Below are positions 57,977-64,000 of a stretch of DNA of 64,000 nt, piece after piece. The notes beneath the pieces were generated by a model, which saw only the letters and a program-made list of their open reading frames with translations, was not told where the DNA came from and did no database searches. Origin of the DNA: Amoebophrya sp. A120 (taxonomy: Eukaryota > Protista > Dinoflagellata). Location of the stretch: NCBI GenBank assembly GCA_905178155.1, contig CAJINV010000007.1:590020-654019 (forward strand), in the 5' to 3' direction. Each line of letters starts with the position of its first letter. Positions within the stretch are counted from its first letter, which is position 1. Position numbers and translations under genes: made by a program.

Positions 57977-59838
57977 AAAAACCCATCCCACGGCTGTTGG
58001 AAGATCATCCACAACTACGTGGGCCGCCGCGGGGCGCTTTTCATTCTCATATCTTCGTCCGCGCCCTCGTCCACAGGGCAAAAGGCAGGAACAGTGAGGA
58101 GGAAGTTCTCGTTTGCAGACGAGTTACCCCAGAAAGCCGTCGAGTTACCCCAGAACGGAAACGTATGGATGTGTCAGAGTTGAAATCGACAAAGTTGAAA
58201 TAATTTGTCATGCATAAAATGGATGCCAGTTGGAACCCAGTTCCCAAGTGGCGCATGACAAATTTCGGTGGTCCCTAAATCCAGTTTGTCATGCTGTTTA
58301 GGCAAAGAAGAGCGATTTTCTCATGCTACTTTAGCAGCTCGAGCTGTGACCCCAAACAGGCTTACAATCGGCCTCAATTGCCTGCTCTGCAACACACGTA
58401 CCTCGGGTCATGCATTTCATGCATTACAAATCATTTCAACTTTGACGATTTCACACCTGACGCTCCCATAAAACGTAGCTCCGTTGACCGAAAAAAATCT
58501 GGCAGCTGCCAAGTTGACCAAGGACGGGCTATTGTGAGGAAAAATCCCCCCTCCCCATATCGAAAGCGAGATTTGTGTTGCTGTATTTGAGTACACAAAT
58601 CACGTCTGTCTTGCTGGAGAGGACTGCAGACCCATATCAAGCCTGAGTAGAGAGGCTTTGACTTAGGCGCTTAGCATGAAAAGCGTCCGTGATGTTGGCT
58701 CAACAGCATGACAAACCGCCTGCACAATGCTGCGTAGCTTGTCGAGTTGCCTTCTTGCAAGACAGACGTGATTTGAGGTCGCAAATCAGCAACACAAATT
58801 TCCGGAAGCATAGTACCTTTTCGATATGGGGAGGGGGGATTTTTCCTCTTAATACGGGCTGCGCGTTATCCTGTGCAAAAGTATCGCACTCGTATCAATG
58901 CCAGACTAGCATCATGACATCAAGTCTGGTTTTTTATGTAATTTAGCATGACAAATTGAATTATTTCATGCTGAGCTAATTTGTAATGCATCTACACGAG
59001 TACGATACTTTTGCAGTTCATACGCGTCGTGCCTATTCAACCAAATCGTTTTCTTCCTCGCACCAAGACACCAGGAACAGCCCTTGCTCGGCCGGGATCC
59101 ACCAAGCCACACGGTGGGTCTCCTCCTTCTGGACGTGGAACAAGCGCAAGCGGTTTGGCTCTCACAAGTCGTGTATGCATTGCAAATATGTCCGGGTGGT
59201 CTGGAAGGTTGGAACTTGTGATGCCTTCTTTGGATTCTAAAAAAATCTGTATTGCGTGACCAGCAAGAGGCGCGTAGTTTGTGCTACGCGGAGAGGGTAG
59301 TTCTCATGCGGAATAGGTAACAGGAAGCCCTCTAAAAATCTGTGATGCTAGGTCATGCATTACAGGCGTCATGGGTCAGGCGAAGTATGCATGACAAGCC
59401 TAGCAATCTTCCAGACCCAGACATATTTGCACTGCATATCGACGGCAGCCGCCGACCGGAAGAATTTCATTCGGGATGTTGAGCAAGAGTATGAATAACG
59501 GCGGAAAAGGGAACAATAAAGGCGGCAAAGGGATGAAAGCTGCGGGAAAAGGGAAAGGCGTGGGGTGGAAGGGCAAGGGAAAAGCTGTCAACAAGGGGAA
59601 GAACGGCAAGGGAAAAGGTGCCAAGGGAATTGGCAAAATGGGAACCGGCAAAATGGGAAACGGCAAGGGAAAGGGAAGCAGCCGCGACGGAAACGGAAAA
59701 GGCAAGGGCGAAGGTGGCAAAGGAAAAAGTGGCAAGGGAAAAGGTGGCAAGGGAAAAGGTGGCAAGGGAAAAGCGGCGTGGAAATCAGCTTCCTTTGCGG
59801 AAGTCGACGCGGAAGGGACGATTAGTGGGCCACTTTGA
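57977..59838 (+). CDS. Gene 8: basic protein ending in a Gly/Lys (GKGKG) repeat domain; start codon not located
   Basis: Removing four introners gives ...DELPQKAVELPQNGNVAPLTEKNLAAAKLTKDGLRVVPIQ... running into ORF 59476..59838. Confidence 0.65.
58164..58470. mobile_element. Introner family H, opposite orientation to 40852
   Basis: Family H TIR; DR aaacg. Confidence 0.9.
58530..58854. mobile_element. Introner family D
   Basis: Family D TIR; DR cgggc. Confidence 0.92.
58867..59022. mobile_element. Introner family B
   Basis: Family B TIR; DR cgcgt. Confidence 0.92.
59174..59438. mobile_element. Introner family A
   Basis: Family A TIR; DR tcgtg/tcgac. Confidence 0.88.
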
Positions 59839-59840
59839 TT

Positions 59841-60102
59841 TATCAAATGCAAAAATGTCTGGGTCTGGAAATTTTCTAGACTTGTCATGCAGGTTTTGCA
59901 TAAGTCTTGATGTCTGTGATGCGTGCCCTAGCATCACAGATTTTTTGAGGCCTTCTTGATGCCTATTCCGCATTACAAATGCCATCTCCGCGTAGCAAAA
60001 ATTGCATTCCCTTTGCTGCTCATGCAATGCAGATTTTTTTGCCATCCAAATGCAGCATCACAAGTTCCAACCTTCCAGACCCAGACATTTTTACATTTGA
60101 TA
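59841..60102. mobile_element. Introner family A inserted at the stop codon / 3' UTR
   Basis: Family A TIR; DR tgatt contains the TGA stop. Confidence 0.92.
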
Positions 60103-60254
60103 TGATTGAGCTTTTTTCTGGTTGATTGTAACTTTGTTTTAATTGTCACATGATTTTTACATTTTCACAAAATTCATTCACTTCCGAAACTACACGCACA
60201 TACTTTCTTACGTCACCGAGATTTTTTACAGCATATGAAAGCATTGTAACTTTT

Positions 60255-60319
60255 GTCTTCTTACGTTCTCAATTACCACTTTACAAGCGTCTTCTTACGT
60301 TCTCAATTACCACTTTACA
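60255..60319. repeat. 31-bp direct duplication, period 34
   Basis: gtcttcttacgttctcaattaccactttaca occurs twice. Confidence 0.8.
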
Positions 60320-62068
60320 TTGTAACTATTGACTTGTTGTAAAAATTTTCAAGATCCACGCGAGCAGCATGCTCGTAAATCTTATGCACTCTATTTTTTT
60401 CGCATTCTTTTTGCAAGCATTTATCACCATTCGCACATTGTTATTGTAAACACGGACAAATTTTTTACTTTTTGGACACACGACACGCACTAGTTTTTCA
60501 ATTTCATCGGCACAACAAGCATTGACTTCTGGAACATGAAAGAATAGAATTTCGGCATTAACAGTTTTTAGTACTACGAACACGCACTCTTCGAAGTAAT
60601 TGAATACACCGAGGACCTCAAGTTTGAAAATTTTCACGACGAACTGATAAAAGAGATAAATGCAAAGAATAGGTTGCAGGACGGGGAAACACGGTCACGG
60701 CAAGGGACTTCTTGTTCGCCGAAAAGCAGCAAAAAGACTGGTCCGAGGGCAAAAGATCTTCAGGGACGAAGCAAAATAAATTCGCCTATTTAATCCTGTC
60801 TCGTCGCCGACGTTTACGTTCGAGTGACAGAAGAACTTCGAAGATTTACTTTATCGGTCGCGTGGAATATAAAGTTTTTCGGTATTTATTTTGATTTTCG
60901 TCCGGATTTTTTACAATGTTCGGTCCGAGTGGTCCTTTCCGACTCCGTGGTACTCTGGCTCCGAGTAGTTTTTATCACCATATAGTGAGCAGCTCGCGTC
61001 AGCGTCAGGCTGATTTTCAGCAGTTCAGTTTTGTCTTTTTAAGAAAATCTTCCATTGTAGTTGCAAATCGCTTCGTCCCAGCGCTGGTGTACGTCATCGT
61101 TGAAGCAGGTGCAATCGTTTTACTACCGACCTATCGTGGTTGATATTTCGGTTTTCTTTCCTCGTCCTGTTCCGCACGCGGGTGATCTACTTCCGTAAGG
61201 CTCTGTTGTCCTCGTCGTCCGTCGTTCTTCACATCTTCGTCGAAAACAAAAATCGTTCACATCCTCGTCGTCTTTCGTCGTGCGGCCGTGTTGTCCTGCT
61301 TTCTTCAGATTCCACTTTGCCCTAAAATGATGACCAACAAGAAGAACAACGAACAGCGACAACAAGTAGAACACGACCCCAAGTTACTCTCGAAAAGAAA
61401 TTTGTTTCAACATTTACTGCTAAGTAGAGTAAGTACTACTAAAAATTATACCACCCCCTGCAAGGCATATTCAGTACAAAATTTTTTCTCACCTTGCATT
61501 GCTGCAACAAGTTGTAGACGTCAAAGCAATTTCAGCACTTCACAAGTAAGCCGGAAGTAGAGCAGGATAGAAATTTGTACCTCGTCGACTAGATCAACTA
61601 CTCCTTTTTTTTGTGGTGTTCGGCAATACAACATCAATCTACTTCTACTTTATCATCAAAAGCCGTCGTCTGGGTGGTCCTCATCGCCTGCGACCCCTAC
61701 ACACCAGAAGGAGCTCTTCCACAGTTGGACGAACAGTTCGTGGACAGCAGTCCTCCGCAGCAGCGACTAGTTACACTCCTGCTCCGCCCTTCATCATCAA
61801 CCGGCGACACGACATCAGGTACAAGTACACTACGGATATTTTTTGTAGTCGAGTTTATTTTGACTTTACGTTTTATTTTACATGTGCGCATTCATTCTAT
61901 CCTAGTCCTACTGCCATTGAAGATTGGCGGGTACAACTTCCTCTTCTGCAAATGAATATGGTGCACCTGCTCTTGTGATCCGGCCGAGCACGGACTTCTT
62001 GATCCTGGCCTCGACAAGTAAAAGGCTTAAATTTTTGTCATGCATTTTTACAATCTGTTATCTATCAG

Positions 62069-63459
62069 GTGAAGAAGATGAATAAGGCGAAACAGGCGAA
62101 GGTGCTGCGGGACAGCTGTGCCAGGGCGGCCCCCGCCCGGGGCAGGTCCTCGTTCCCGAAGAAGTTAGCTGGCGCTGCGTTGTTCGCGCACAGCCAGACG
62201 GGGTGTGCACCAGGCGCGCACGGGTTTGAGGTGTTGCTCACCAACCGGAAGAAGGAAAATAAGGTGCACCTCGGCAACATGAAGAAGGAGAATGTTGTAT
62301 CGCGAGGGAAAATCTTCACCCCTCCCCATACTCACAATGCAAATTTGTGATGTTAATTTGTGAGACCACAAATCTAGTCAGCTTTGTCTTGCATATGAGG
62401 CATCAAATAGGAGGCGTGTGGCGTATTGCACAGCCAAGCTGTCATGCGCTTTTGCCTACTGCATCTGCAAAGCTGTCTGTCATGCCTGAGTGCTAAGTAG
62501 ACTTTTGCATACCTAATCAGGCTCAGCAAATTATGCCTGCAAGCGCTTACTGCAATACAGCGCTAATTTGTGTACGCAAATCCAGCTACAGAAATTCCCG
62601 TTTCGATGTGGGGAGGGGGCTTTTTTCACTTTGATATGTTGCGGCAGACGAAAAGAAAGTAGAGTCAATTACTTCATCGCTCTCCACCGCCAAGTGCACC
62701 ACGCTCGCCACCAGCAGCTATTATCATCGGTGCAAACTATGCATTGCAAATATGTCTGGGTCTGGAAGGGTGCAAGTTTGTGTTGCTCTGCTAGAATGTC
62801 CCGCATCTGTCATGTACGATACCCAAAAGCCCCAATTTTCTGTCATTCAAAAACGCAGTTTGTCATGCTGAATAGACAACACCTTGCAACTCAGAAACTT
62901 GTCACGCTGAGCCGTCATTTGTGGCGTCTTCATGATTCGGCGGCCAGCGACGTCACAAGTTTCCAGACCCAGACGTATAATTTGCATTTGATACAAACTA
63001 GGCACTGACTACGATCCCCTGAAGATCACTTTTTGGAAGGGAGCGAAGAAAGGCGATGCCGAAAAGTATGCTGAGTTGACAAAAACAGAACCGGAAAACG
63101 AGGTGAAGGCTGACTTCTGGAAGACCGATCTTGGATTCGCTGCGCTGGACACAACGGTGTCAGCGGACTCTGCCTCGAAGCTGTTTGGGCTCCAGTGCGC
63201 AAATCATGATAAAGAAAACGAATGGATGTCGTGGGCCTACCAGAACGACATGACGGGCTTCAACAATTTCTGGAAGGGCGACAAATATGACGTCCTCGAA
63301 CTGCAGTGGTGGAGGGCCCCGTGCATCACCAATTGTTTTTTTGGACATAACCAAAGGGATCGCAAAGGGGGTGAAGTGAAAATTGTCGGCAAGAACTGCG
63401 TACCGGCGGAATCCTCCGGAACGGGTGCAGCAGATTCATCAGCTTGCATGGGCTGCTGA
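62069..63459 (+). CDS. Gene 9: unknown protein, 5' exon(s) unresolved; join(62069..62297,62642..62737,62999..63459)
   Basis: Removing two introners gives a continuous frame ending ACMGC*. Confidence 0.65.
62298..62636. mobile_element. Introner family D
   Basis: Family D TIR; DR tgttg. Confidence 0.88.
62738..62993. mobile_element. Introner family A
   Basis: Family A TIR; DR caaac. Confidence 0.9.
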
Positions 63460-64000
63460 ACCTCCAAGACCGGGGGCGACGGAATCAAAAATACAATATT
63501 TATCGTCCAAGGTAGTATGTACTAGTACTTTTAATTAGTACTAGCTAGTACTGTAGAAGAGCAAACCGGGCAGGAAGATAACAAGTAGGTACCAGGCGCC
63601 GACGAGGTGGAAACAAGATATGGAATGTGGAAAAAGAAGCCAAACGAAAAATTGAGTATTTCGATCATACACTCGCGACACTTAGAGGATGAAGAAGGAG
63701 ACGGTGTTGAAAAGTTATTTCTTGGGAAAAACATGAATCGTCGCGGAGAAAATCAGTTTTTGCCTTGTTGTTTTTGCCGTTTTCTACTTTTTTTGACATA
63801 TTGCATGGTCGACGGCGTAATTGGTTTGGAAACCAATACCAAACCAGTACAGCTTTTTCGCCTGAAGAGGCAATTAAGTTTAAAGATGTGGTCCGGTATT
63901 CTTTTAACTAAATGTATACAAAGTCATTTTATTTTTCCCTCTTTTTCGTTTCGTATTCGTTTCTCTTTTTCATGCATATTTTCACGTCGTGGTCGTAGTC

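Noticed and set aside
60326-60637. AT-rich minus-strand ORF as the missing transposase
   Set aside because: 103 aa, no DDE or other catalytic motif, not flanked by TIRs; no autonomous element was found in the window
61923-62018. In-frame TGA in a Cys-rich stretch (FCK*IWCTCSC) as selenocysteine
   Set aside because: The upstream exon frame is unresolved and no SECIS was identified
6225-62993. Recurrent peptides in the ORF track such as SNAKMSGSG, LPDPDIFA, FQTQTFLHLI and KKVLQLH as a repeated protein domain
   Set aside because: They are translations of introner TIRs in various frames and strands

Overview
Eukaryotic, non-bacterial genomic DNA. The architecture fits an alveolate, most likely a parasitic syndinian dinoflagellate of the Amoebophrya type; this is inferred from architecture and gene content, not from a database hit. 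About nine protein genes all lie on the + strand. Most are fragmented by 53 short non-autonomous elements (plus one orphan end) from about 10 sequence families. Each element typically begins with TA, ends with TA, has terminal inverted repeats (TIRs) and is flanked by a 5-bp direct repeat (DR). They lack GT-AG ends, yet deleting the element plus one DR copy rebuilds continuous reading frames at essentially every site read by hand, so they act as non-canonical introns (introners). Reconstructed genes include a 22-exon voltage-sensor/adenylyl cyclase (AC-alpha-like) that lacks the catalytic Arg, a permuted NlpC/P60 (PPPDE/LRAT-like) protein with a 1-nt frameshift, a putative OST-HTH/LOTUS protein, a glycosyltransferase-like secreted protein and several large unknown proteins. 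Notable extras: elements work in either orientation, all families share an internal TGTNATGC motif, DR mismatches are mostly synonymous, there is a 7-nt micro-exon, and some introners carry nested insertions, including a 2.8-kb intron with a thrice-repeated 41-47-bp sequence. Coordinates were read manually and may be off by 1-2 nt.
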